From an uncultured Verrucomicrobiota bacterium (GTDB taxonomy: Bacteria; Verrucomicrobiota; Kiritimatiellia; RFP12; UBA1067): a stretch of DNA of 35,140 bases. Positions 1 to 9,100 of this stretch are shown here, one piece after another (position 1 is the stretch's first letter; each line of letters starts with the position of its first letter). The stretch lies in assembly GCA_946628745.1 (NCBI GenBank), contig CAMOXA010000002.1, positions 1-35,140 of the forward strand, read 5' to 3'. The notes beneath the pieces are model-generated. The model saw only the letters and a list, made by a program, of their open reading frames with translations. It did not search any database and was not told the DNA's origin. Made by a program: the position numbers and the translations under genes.

Positions 1-377
1 TTTCGACCAAGGGTTCCGCCGCAGGCGACCTTGTTGAAAAGGTCCAGAAGGCTGTCGAACTCGCGAAGCCGCGCTTTGCCGAGGCCGGGATAAAGATGGA
101 CGGCGAGATGCAGTTCGACGCCGCTATCGTCCCTGCCGTCGGCAGGCTCAAGAACCCCAAGGGCGAGATACAGGGCAATGCCAACGTGTTCATCTTCCCC
201 GACCTGCAGGCCGGCAACATCGGCTACAAGATCGCGCAGCGCCTCGGCGAGGCGGACGCGATCGGCCCCAATCTGCAGGGTCTCGCGAAGGCGATGAACG
301 ATCTCTCCCGCGGATGCTCCGCCGAAGACATCGTGGGGACAATCTGCGTAACGCTGCTGCAATCGGCGGCGAAGTAA
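1..377 (+). CDS. pta: Phosphate acetyltransferase, C-terminal fragment (5' end lies outside the window; reading frame starts at nt 3)
   Basis: The frame is open from nt 3 and translates STKGSAAGDLVEKVQKAVELAK...DGEMQFDAAIVP...GNANVFIFPDLQAGNIGYKIAQRLG...DLSRGCSAEDI. This matches the conserved C-terminus of Pta, which I recall from Bacillus and E. coli Pta. Stop at 375-377. Confidence 0.9.
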   Translation, partial: STKGSAAGDLVEKVQKAVELAKPRFAEAGIKMDGEMQFDAAIVPAVGRLKNPKGEIQGNANVFIFPDLQAGNIGYKIAQRLGEADAIGPNLQGLAKAMNDLSRGCSAEDIVGTICVTLLQSAAK

Positions 378-393
378 GGAGCGGGCAGGCGGC

Positions 394-1374
394 ATGACCG
401 GCGAAAAGATGCTAGAACGCGCGAGGGAGGTCTTCGACATAGAGCTCGAAGGCCTCCGGCGGACGCGCGACTCGCTGGACGGGAATTTCGTCCGGGCGGT
501 CGACCTCATGCTTGAATGCGTGCGGGCCGAAGGCATCATAGTAGTCACCGGCATCGGCAAGAACCTCGCCGTCGCCGAAAAGATGAGCGCGATATTCGCG
601 TCGACTGGTACGCGCTCGATCTGCCTCAACCCCGTCCAGGCGATGCACGGCGACCTCGGGATGGTCGCGCCGAGGGACGTCCTCGTGGCGCTTAGCTTCT
701 CCGGCGAGTCGGACGAGATTCTTCGCCTCATACCCGCCATACGCCGGCATGGGCTGAAGGTCGTGTCGCTTACGGGCCGGCCCGGTTCGTCGCTAGCCGC
801 GATGAGCGACATACACGTCGAGATACCCTGCGGCAAGGAGGCGTGCCCGTTCGGCATGGCACCGACGAACTCGACGACCGCTACGATGGCGATGGGCGAC
901 GCGTTCGCGATGGTGATGCTGGACGCGCTGAAGTTCGACGTTTCGAGCTACGCGATGAACCATCCGGCGGGCGCGATCGGCAGGGCGCTGGTGCTGAAGG
1001 TCACGGACGTGATGCGCACCGGCGAGCGTCTCGCGAAGGTCGCGCCGGACGCGACCGTCATGTCGGCGCTTATGGCAATGACAAAGGCCCAGGGAGGCTC
1101 TGCCGTCGTCGCGGACGCCGACGGGCGGCTCGCGGGCATTTTCACCGACGGCGACTTCAGGCGCATAATGAGCGAGGGGCGCGGCGATCTGGCCTCTCCG
1201 GTCGAAGCGTACATGACGCGTTCGCCGATGTTCGTGAGAGACGACGCGTACGCCGCCGAGCTGATAAAGATTTTCGAAGCGAAGAGGATAGACGACTTGC
1301 CGGTCTGCGACGCAGCAGGCAGGGTCGTCGGCCTCGTCGACATACAGGATTTGCCAAAAATGAAAGTACTGTGA
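394..1374 (+). CDS. kdsD: Arabinose-5-phosphate isomerase, KdsD/KpsF family (SIS domain plus tandem CBS)
   Basis: ATG at 394 with AAGGAG 13 nt upstream. SIS motifs are VVTGIGKN and LSFSGESDE. The C-terminal CBS pair includes VTDVM...LAGIFTDGDFRR and MFV...LPVCD..GRVVGLVDIQDL. At 326 aa it is a typical length. Confidence 0.88.
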   Translation: MTGEKMLERAREVFDIELEGLRRTRDSLDGNFVRAVDLMLECVRAEGIIVVTGIGKNLAVAEKMSAIFASTGTRSICLNPVQAMHGDLGMVAPRDVLVALSFSGESDEILRLIPAIRRHGLKVVSLTGRPGSSLAAMSDIHVEIPCGKEACPFGMAPTNSTTATMAMGDAFAMVMLDALKFDVSSYAMNHPAGAIGRALVLKVTDVMRTGERLAKVAPDATVMSALMAMTKAQGGSAVVADADGRLAGIFTDGDFRRIMSEGRGDLASPVEAYMTRSPMFVRDDAYAAELIKIFEAKRIDDLPVCDAAGRVVGLVDIQDLPKMKVL

Positions 1375-1388
1375 AAGGAGACACAAAA

Positions 1389-2114
1389 ATGAATATGAAG
1401 AAAACATTGATTTTCGCGGTTGCGGCCGTGTCCGCTGCCGCAGCGGTCGCGGCGACGCCCCGCAACTCGGCGCGCATGTCCCGCGGCGCGGCCGCCAAAG
1501 CGCCGCCGGCCCAGGCCGAAGAAGAGGGTGCCGTCGGCAAAGTCACTTTGACGCAGCTGCCCAAGACGGGCAGGTCCGCGACTCTCGCCGCGCCTTCTGT
1601 GCCCGGCGGCACAATCATCGGACCGTGCTTCACAAAGCCGAGAAAGTGGATCGTCCTCGAGACGAAGTACGATACCACCGCCAAATGGACCGACCAGCTG
1701 ACCTTCACCTGGCACGTTCTCCTTGAGACCAAGAGCGCGACCGAAAAGGACAAGAACGACCGCGAGAAGCTGCCGCCCTACTCCTATTTCAGCCAGACCG
1801 TCACCTACGTGAACATCCCCCGCGGCGCCCATGCCTCGTCGGTCTGCCTGCAGCCGTCCTATCTCGAACGCTACGGCGAACCCAAGGCCGTCGGCGTCGT
1901 CGTGACCGACGCGAACGGCAAGATGGTCGCCGGCGACAGCGTCAGCGAGATGGGCAAGGAATTCGAACACAAGCAGTGGTGGAACGAGAGCTCCATCATG
2001 GAGAAAAAGGACAGGGGCGAACCGATGATCGAGCGCAGGCAGGGTCTGCTGGAACGCTCCAAGACCATCTGGGCGCTCGTGAACCCGAACGACTACGAGA
2101 TGGTGGCGCAGTGA
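1389..2114 (+). CDS. Secreted hypothetical protein (241 aa), first gene of the pilus-like locus and positional equivalent of Amuc_1102
   Basis: ATG at 1389 is preceded by GGAG. The N-terminal signal peptide is MNMKKTLIFAVAAVSAAAAVAA. Codon usage is consistent with the neighbours. I recognise no catalytic motif. The functional label rests on position only. Confidence 0.6.
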   Translation: MNMKKTLIFAVAAVSAAAAVAATPRNSARMSRGAAAKAPPAQAEEEGAVGKVTLTQLPKTGRSATLAAPSVPGGTIIGPCFTKPRKWIVLETKYDTTAKWTDQLTFTWHVLLETKSATEKDKNDREKLPPYSYFSQTVTYVNIPRGAHASSVCLQPSYLERYGEPKAVGVVVTDANGKMVAGDSVSEMGKEFEHKQWWNESSIMEKKDRGEPMIERRQGLLERSKTIWALVNPNDYEMVAQ

Positions 2115-2169
2115 CGGCCCAGCGGCCGCCGGACGAGACGCATCTGTCAACAAAGCTCCAATACCAGCC

Positions 2170-4044
2170 ATGGCAAAGAAAATACTGACACTGAATATCG
2201 GCGCGTCGAGCGTGGCGCTTGCCGAATACGAGGCCGGCGGAAAATCGCTGAAACTCGTGAACTACGGAACTGCGGCCCTCGCGGCGCCGCTGGATTCCGG
2301 CAACGCCGAGACGATCCTCTCGCCCGCGCTGCTTGAAATCGTGCGCGAGAAGGGCATTCGCCCCGGCAAGGTTTCGGTGTCGCTCTCCGGGCAGATGGTG
2401 TTCCCGCGCTTTGCGGCGATACCGATGGCCGGGGGCGAGGACAAGTTCGACCAGATGGTCCGCGTCGAAATCGAACAGAACATACCGTTCCCGATCGACG
2501 AGATGGTCTGCGACAGGGCGATCCTCGGCGACACGGAGACCGGCGACAAGGCGGTCATGGTCGTGGCGGCGAAGATCGACCAGGTCGAGTCGATAACCAC
2601 GGCGCTTGCGGCGGCGGGCTTCACGCCCGAAATCGTCGATGTCGCGCCGCTTGCCGTCACGAACGTCCTGAAGGCCGTGCGGGGCGACGACGGCGCTTGC
2701 GTGGTCATCCTCGATATCGGCGCTAAGACGACATCGCTCGTCATATCCGAGGGCGAGAAGCTCTACAACCGCTCGATACCCGTAGCCGGCAACACGATCA
2801 CCAAGGAGATCGCGCAGCTTCTGGGCTGCACCCGCGAAGAGGCCGAGCAGATCAAGCGAGAGAACGCGTATGTCTCGATGGGCGGCGTCACCGAAGACGA
2901 AGACGAGACGCTCGACAAGATCTCCAAAGCGTGCCGCGCGGTCTTGACGAGGCTGCACGCGGAGATTTCGAGATCGATCAACTTCTATCGTAGCCAGCAG
3001 GGCGGCGGGATGCCCGTCAAGCTCTATCTGACAGGCGGCAGCTCGCTTCTGCCGCGGCTGGACGCGTTCTTCAGCGACTCGCTGCAGCTCGAGGTCGAAT
3101 ACCTCAATCCGTTCGAGATTATATCGGTCGGCGGCGGGGTCGACGGTTCGGCGCTCGAATCCGACACCGTGTTTCTCGCCGCCACCGCCGGCGTCGCGCT
3201 GCACGTCGCGGGACTCGCCGGAATCGAAATCAACCTTCTGCCGCCTTCGCTCGTCGAAGCGCGCGCCGAAGTCGCCCGCGTGCCGTTTGTCGCCGTCGGC
3301 GCGGCCGGAATCGTCGCGGCGCTCGCCTGCTGGCTCGTGGCCGCAATGGGCGAGAACGGCAGGCTCGACGAGAGCCTCGACGCCGCCACGCGCGAGGCCG
3401 ACAGGCTGGAGAGCATAACCAGGAGCATGGGCGCGGCGAAGGACGCCGAGGCGGCCGCGTGGAACTCGGCCACCAATCTCGCGGCGAGACTCGCCAGGCG
3501 CGGCGATGCGCTCGAACGTTTCGAGACCGTCCGCAAGGCGGTCGGCGCACACCCCGGCATATGGATAGCCAAGTGGGAGGTCCGCACCGAGAAGGAGCAG
3601 GTCAAGACTCCCGAGCAGGAAAACTCCGGACGCCGCGGCAGGCGCGCTTCGCAGGAGTCGGCCGAGATTGAAGTCGAAAGCACTTTCGTGACGATACGCT
3701 GCTGGGACTATATGGCCCGCAAGCTTACCGAAGGCGCAGCGCCCGAGGCGGCCGCGCCGGCGGAGGGGGATGACGCCGAAGCCGAAACCGCCGCGAATCC
3801 GCAGCCCGACGCCGAAGGCGCCGAGGCAGCCGACAACGCGGACGCCGCCGCTGCTGCGCACCGCGCCAGATCCCGCGCCACCGTGCAGAACACGGTCGAC
3901 ATGATCGTGGCCGCCGAGCTCAAGAAGTCCGAAATAATAGTCCCCGGTTCCGTCCGCACCGTCGGCCAGAAAGTCTACGGCAAGGGCGGGTGCCTGCAGG
4001 AGTTCGTTTTGAGAATGCAGTTCAAGGAGCCAGAATACAAATGA
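2170..4044 (+). CDS. PilM-like actin-fold ATPase fused to a PilN-like transmembrane segment, with a long acidic low-complexity C-terminal extension (Amuc_1101-like)
   Basis: The N-terminus is typical PilM: LTLNIGASSV, VVILDIGAKTTSLVI, IPVAGNTITKEIA, LYLTGGSSLLPRL. It is followed by IEINLLPPSLVEAR and the TM helix VPFVAVGAAGIVAALACWLVAAM, which form a PilN-type start. Then comes about 230 aa including an A/E/D-rich tract. The TGA stop overlaps the next ATG (ATGA at 4041-4044). Confidence 0.85.
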   Translation: MAKKILTLNIGASSVALAEYEAGGKSLKLVNYGTAALAAPLDSGNAETILSPALLEIVREKGIRPGKVSVSLSGQMVFPRFAAIPMAGGEDKFDQMVRVEIEQNIPFPIDEMVCDRAILGDTETGDKAVMVVAAKIDQVESITTALAAAGFTPEIVDVAPLAVTNVLKAVRGDDGACVVILDIGAKTTSLVISEGEKLYNRSIPVAGNTITKEIAQLLGCTREEAEQIKRENAYVSMGGVTEDEDETLDKISKACRAVLTRLHAEISRSINFYRSQQGGGMPVKLYLTGGSSLLPRLDAFFSDSLQLEVEYLNPFEIISVGGGVDGSALESDTVFLAATAGVALHVAGLAGIEINLLPPSLVEARAEVARVPFVAVGAAGIVAALACWLVAAMGENGRLDESLDAATREADRLESITRSMGAAKDAEAAAWNSATNLAARLARRGDALERFETVRKAVGAHPGIWIAKWEVRTEKEQVKTPEQENSGRRGRRASQESAEIEVESTFVTIRCWDYMARKLTEGAAPEAAAPAEGDDAEAETAANPQPDAEGAEAADNADAAAAAHRARSRATVQNTVDMIVAAELKKSEIIVPGSVRTVGQKVYGKGGCLQEFVLRMQFKEPEYK

Positions 4045-5027
4045 ACAAAAGCAAGCTCGCAATGGCCGTTATCGGCGGCGTCGCCGGTTTGATGGCGGTA
4101 GGCATAGGCGTCATGGTCTGGATGCAGACCGATGCGTGCGACGAGAAGCGGTTTGAACTCGATTCGCAGTTCTCCCGCCAGTCGGCGAACGCCGCGGCGA
4201 ACCCCGCCGTCGCCGAGGCGCACAGGAAGAACGAAAAGTCCCTCGTCGACTGGGCTAAGGCATCGTACGCGTTCGTCGGCGACAGGAGCGTGCGCGAACT
4301 TGACGCCGACCAGGAGGCGTCCGCGTTCAAGCAGCAGATGATGGACGAATGGCGCGCGCTCACGAAACTGCCCGCCGATTCCGACGTGAAGATCATCAAG
4401 GAGACGTTCTTCTTCGGCGACACCTTCAAGGATTTCATCTCGCAGGGGTCGATGCCGTCCGCCAAGGACAAGCCGAGACTGCAGCGCGAGTGGGACGACC
4501 TCATGCATATGATGGACATCTTCCTGAAGTCCGGTGTGACGGAACTTGTAGGCGTCGAGGTCGTCCGCAAGAAATCCGACGAACCCGCAGCCGACGAAAA
4601 GCGCCAGCGCAGGCGCCAGTCGTCCGGCGCGGCCGCGACAGTCGAGCCCTACCCGAGCTCAGAGGAGACGTACGTCCTCAGATTCACCGCGCGGCCGGAA
4701 GCGCTTGTGAAAACGCTTAACGCCATCGCGAGCGACGAAAAACGCTTCATGTCCGCGTCCATCCGCACGTTCGAACAGGCCGGCGACCCGCTCGTCATGA
4801 TGCTCGGCGGCGGCGACAAGGACAAGGAGTCGCGCCGCGGCAGGGGACGCCGCGGCAGGCGCGCCCAGGAAGCCGAGGCGGCCGAGACGGCTGAAGGCGT
4901 CGAGGCGGAAATCGCGAGGAAGGGCCTCGTGACCAATCCCGAGACTTGCGAGCCCTTTACTGTCACGCTCGAAGTGACGACATACGACTTCGTGCCTGCA
5001 GAAGCAGAAGAGGAGGTGAAGAAATGA
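4041..5027 (+). CDS. Amuc_1100-like (PilO-position) bitopic membrane protein, 328 aa
   Basis: The ATG is coupled to the upstream stop. The N-terminal TM helix is LAMAVIGGVAGLMAVGIGVMVWM. Blocks resemble my recalled Amuc_1100 sequence: YVLRFTARPEALVKTLNAIAS..RFMSASIRTFEQ versus LEIAFQGDRESVLKAMNAITG..YLFTVNSIRIRNE, and C-terminal FTVTLEVTTYDFVP versus VFVQVSLNLVHFNQP. Not verified by alignment software. Confidence 0.7.
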   Translation: MNKSKLAMAVIGGVAGLMAVGIGVMVWMQTDACDEKRFELDSQFSRQSANAAANPAVAEAHRKNEKSLVDWAKASYAFVGDRSVRELDADQEASAFKQQMMDEWRALTKLPADSDVKIIKETFFFGDTFKDFISQGSMPSAKDKPRLQREWDDLMHMMDIFLKSGVTELVGVEVVRKKSDEPAADEKRQRRRQSSGAAATVEPYPSSEETYVLRFTARPEALVKTLNAIASDEKRFMSASIRTFEQAGDPLVMMLGGGDKDKESRRGRGRRGRRAQEAEAAETAEGVEAEIARKGLVTNPETCEPFTVTLEVTTYDFVPAEAEEEVKK

Positions 5028-6112
5028 TTTCCCGTTCGGCTGAAAAGAACATATTCGCGAGACACTGGGAGTGGTTCGTCGCCCTCCTTGGCATTGTCGC
5101 GCTTGTCGCGTCCGTCGCCTTGAATTTCGTCCTAGCTGACGACGGCGAGGAGCTGGCGGGCGGCGTCCGTCCCTCCGGCGGCAACGCGAAGGTCGAGCCC
5201 GTGTCGCTCGAGCGTCTGGAGCAGACGCTGCTCGCTGTCAAGGCACCGCGGCTGCTCGACGACGTTCCCGAAGACAAAGGCAGCTTCCTCGCCTCGGAGT
5301 TCTGCGTCTTTTGCTCGAACGCCGAAGGCGGGCAGAGCTGCGGCAGGCCGATTCCGTTCGGCGTCGAAACCTGCCCCTACGCCGACTGCGGCGTCAGGCA
5401 GAACAAAGAAGAGAAGCCGACGCTTGACACTGACGGTGACGGACTCACGGACGAATACGAGAAGTTGCATGGCCTCAACCCGAGCGATCCGGATGACGCC
5501 GACGGAGACCTCGACGGCGACGGCTTCACGAACATCGAGGAGTTCGCGGCCGGCACGAACCCGTCCAGCAAGGACGACCATCCCGACTATCTCGACTCGT
5601 TCAAGATCGAGCTTCCGCTCAAGCAGACATTCACGTCTCTTTCGCTCACAAGCGCGTACAAGACGCCGAGCGGACTCAAGATCAACTTCAAAGACCCAAC
5701 CCACGCAAATGACTACACGCGCGGCGTGTATTCGGTCTACGCGGGCGACACGATCGGCGAAACTGGCTTTGTCGTCAAGTCCTGTGAACAGAAGACACGC
5801 GTCAAAAAGATGGGCGGCGGCATGACGAGGCGCGAGGAGTACTACGAGGCGGAATTGGAGCGCAAGGCCGACAAAAAGGTCGTGCGGCTCGTACAAGGCG
5901 TCGCGAAGACTCCAGTCGACGAGCAGGCAAAGGTCGTTTGCGAACGCGGCGGACGTGTCGAATTCTTTGTTGTAAACGGACAGGAAATCGACGTAAACGG
6001 GTGGAAATACACTGTTGTCAAGATGGAGGTTGTGCGTCCAAAAGGTGTCCGGCTGACGCTAAAGAGCGGCAAGACGGGCAAAGAACGTACAATCGAAGCA
6101 CTTGAACAGTAA
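5024..6112 (+). CDS. Membrane-anchored protein with a Cys-rich zinc-ribbon-like segment and thrombospondin type-3-like Ca-binding repeats (Amuc_1099 position), 362 aa
   Basis: The ATG at 5024 overlaps the upstream TGA (ATGA). The TM helix is WEWFVALLGIVALVASVALNFVL. The Cys cluster is CVFCSN...SCGRPIPFGVETCPYADCG. The D-rich repeats are DTDGDGLTDEYEKLHGLNPSDPDDADGDLDGDGFTNIEEFAAGTNP. Confidence 0.7.
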   Translation: MISRSAEKNIFARHWEWFVALLGIVALVASVALNFVLADDGEELAGGVRPSGGNAKVEPVSLERLEQTLLAVKAPRLLDDVPEDKGSFLASEFCVFCSNAEGGQSCGRPIPFGVETCPYADCGVRQNKEEKPTLDTDGDGLTDEYEKLHGLNPSDPDDADGDLDGDGFTNIEEFAAGTNPSSKDDHPDYLDSFKIELPLKQTFTSLSLTSAYKTPSGLKINFKDPTHANDYTRGVYSVYAGDTIGETGFVVKSCEQKTRVKKMGGGMTRREEYYEAELERKADKKVVRLVQGVAKTPVDEQAKVVCERGGRVEFFVVNGQEIDVNGWKYTVVKMEVVRPKGVRLTLKSGKTGKERTIEALEQ

Positions 6113-6130
6113 ACCAAAATAGGCTATAAT
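6102..6130 (+). promoter_or_regulatory. Candidate sigma70-type promoter for the secretin gene (TTGAAC-17 nt-TATAAT)
   Basis: TTGAAC at 6102-6107 and a perfect TATAAT at 6125-6130 are separated by 17 nt. They sit in an AT-rich 34-nt spacer that overlaps the stop of the upstream gene. Sequence match only. Confidence 0.4.
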
Positions 6131-6146
6131 AGTTGCCAAAATCTCA

Positions 6147-9100
6147 ATGGAGCATGTGTTTGCCATGACGAATCTAAAGAATCTCGTCGCCATCAGCGCG
6201 ACAGCGGCACTCGTTGCCATCGGTAACAATGTCATCGCGCAGGACGACCTGGACGATCTTTTGAAAGATCTTGCAGAGAAGCCTGCGGCTGAAGAGACCG
6301 TCAAAGCGGAGGAGCCCGCAGATGCGGAAGAGCCTGTCGCCGACGCCGACGAGCCTGCCGTAGAGGAGCCCGTTGCGGAGCCCGATGAGCCCGCAGTGGA
6401 GGAGCCCGTTGCGGAAGAGCCCGTTGCCGACGCCGACGAGCCTGCCGTCGAGGAACCGGTTGCGGAACCCGGCGAGCCTGCTGTGGATGAGCCCGTCTCG
6501 GACGATGATGCGGGCCCTGTTGCCGATGCTGACGAGACTCCTGTCGCCGACGAAGAGCCTGTGGCGGAAGAACCCGCTGTCGAGGAGCCTGCGGTCGTGG
6601 CGGAAGAACCCGCTGTCGAAGAGCCGGCGGTCGTGGCTGAGGAGCCTGTCGAGGAGCCGGCGGTTGCCGCTGAGGAGCCGGCGGTCGTTGCCGAAGAGCC
6701 CCCTGAAAACGATGTAAAACCAGTTGTCGATACGCTGGACGACATGGCCGCCGAAGAGCCCGCCGCTTTGATACCGGACAAGGATGCGGAACTTATCGAG
6801 AACCTGCGCACGACCCGCGAACTCAGCCTCAAGGCTTACGCTCTCCAGGCGCAGCGCGAACATGAAGAGGCCGGCAAATCCATGGCCGGCGAAGAGTACC
6901 TCGAAGCGGCCCGTCACTATGCAAATGCGGTCAAGCTCCTGAACGACAGCCCGAAATACGCCGAACTGCGCAAGGAATGCGAACAGGGCATCGCCGACGC
7001 CCTTTACCGCGCTGCCATGCAAGAGGACGCCATGGGCCGCCGCGATCGCGCCATGAAGCTTATGGAGAAGGCGGTCGCGCGCCGTCATCCGAAGGCACGC
7101 CGCCAGCTTCAGTCCTGGAAGGCCGCCGGCGACCCGGACGCGAACAAGACGGATGTCTCGGAGATCAAGCATTACCGCAACGACGAAGAGTTCAAGAAGC
7201 TCCGTGCGAAGAACAACCAGCATCTGAAGCGCGCCAACCAGCTGCTCGCCGCGCGTCAGCTCGACCAGGCCCAGGACGAGTGCGGTCTCGTGCTGGTTTC
7301 CGACCCGCACAACCAAGAGGCGATACGCCTCATGAATACGATCAATAAAAAGCGCCACACGGTCACAATGCAGGAGCGCGAGTCTGCCCGCAAAGGCATG
7401 ATAGCCGATGTCGACGAGGCGTGGCGCCCGGTGTACGCCCCCGACGTCCGCGAAGTCGAGGATGTAAAGGACACGGTGCGCGGGCCGGTGGACGTCAAAG
7501 ATCCGGAGCGCTCCGCCGAACAGCAGATTGTCAAGCGCATGAAAGAGATGCGTCTGCCGGCGATCTCGTTCAAGCCCCCGGCGACGATCATCGACGCCGT
7601 CGAATTCTTCAGAACGGCTTCAAAGGACTACGACCGTCCTGAGATTCCGCTTGAACAGCGCGGCTTCAATTTCTTCATCAAGCCCCGCGAGACAATCAAA
7701 GCTTCCGCTCCGGCCGGCGAAGAGGAGTCGTCCGGCTTCGGCGCGGAGGACGACGATTCCGCCATCGCCGCCCAGTCGGGCGTGCCGGTGATTCCGATGA
7801 TTACCGCGAGCGACATTTCCTTCTACGAGGCTTTGAAGCTCGTCTGCGAATCCGTCGAGTACAAGTTCAAGGTGCAGGGCCAGATGGTCGTCGTGATGCA
7901 TAAAGACGCGGCGATCGAAGACATGGTCACCCGTAGCTACCCGGTTCTTTCGTCCTTCATGGAGCGAATGGATTCCGCCTCCAGCGATATGAAGGAAATG
8001 CGCACGGGCGGCTTCGGCGGCTCCAGCAGCAACTCGAGGCGCGACGAAGGCGAGGAGAACCAGGAGCGCGACTGGAAGGAGTTCTTCGAGCTTCTGGGCG
8101 TCAAGTGGCCCGAGGGTTCGTCGATTATGTACATCAAGACGATCGGCAAGCTGCGCGTCAAGAACACCTACGAGAACCTGGCCGAACTTGAACAGGCTCT
8201 CACCGAGATGAACGCCGACCCGAAGCTTATCGAGATCGAGGCCCGTTTTGTCGAAGTCTGCCAGGACGACCTGAACTCCCTCGGCTTCGAGTGGATTCTC
8301 AACAGCGACTACTCTCTCAACCCCGGTTCGCACATCTCGCGCCTGTTCAACCTGAAGCACGGCGCGTTCGGCAAGAGTTCGGGTTCGTCGACCACGTCGA
8401 CCGACTATACGTCGACCACCGCTAGCTCGGCCACGACGGGCGGCGTCGTCAACAACGGCGGGACGACGACGACACTCGCGGCCAACAACACGACGAGCAA
8501 GTCTGCCTCGCGCACCGTCTTCGCGCAGTCCAACGGCGCCAGCTGGGTCCGCGCCCCGGGCCGCCCGCGCAATATCGGCATAAGCGGAATGGGCGGCGAC
8601 GCCGACTACACAGGCGGCGCCAACCGCTACCTCTCCACGCTCGACAACCACATTTCGGGCGAGGGGTACTCGACGAATGACAGATTCATGCGTCTCAACG
8701 CGTTTGTCGGCGCGGCCGACCTCTCGCTCATCCTGCACATGCTCTCGCAGCGTAGCGACACGGACTTGCTCTCGGCGCCCAAGGTGCTGACGAGGCCCGG
8801 CGAAGAGGCTGTCATCAAAGTCGTCACCGAGTACATCTACCCGACGGACTACGACGTGCAGTTGCAGTCCAGCTCGTCCGGTTCGAGCGGCAACTACGGC
8901 GGCAGCCAGTCCGCGATTCTCGCGGTCGTCGAGCCGCAGTCGTTCACGATGCGCGAGGTCGGCGTCATTCTCGACGTTACTCCGACGCTCACCGACGACG
9001 GCAACCTTATCGACCTCAAGCTCAACACCCAGGTCGTCGACGAGCCGACCTGGAAGAACTACGGCATGAGAATTCCGTTCACCGGCAACAGCAACAGCGG

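Noticed and set aside
843-2114. Long 423-aa version of the ORF upstream of the PilM-like gene
   Set aside because: The first 182 codons overlap kdsD in another frame and are Arg/Gly-rich nonsense. An internal ATG at 1389 has a GGAG ribosome-binding site and starts a clean signal peptide.
1996-4062. 688-aa minus-strand ORF. Similar very long minus-strand ORFs occur at 7620-9608, 9629-11011, 24357-27227, 27243-28856, 28980-31676 and 31570-33162.
   Set aside because: They lie antisense to plus-strand genes with clear family motifs (PilM, secretins, rho, deoC/transglutaminase-like, radical SAM). Their translations are Arg/Gly/Ala/Leu-rich with no recognisable motifs. Long stop-free antisense frames are expected in GC-rich coding DNA.
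6059-6832. Minus-strand ORF encoding a striking Ser/Thr/Gly/Ala repeat protein (...SSATTAGSSTAGSS...)
   Set aside because: It is the reverse-complement shadow of the acidic EEPVA/EEPAV repeat tract of the secretin gene. It has no independent start context or signal sequence.
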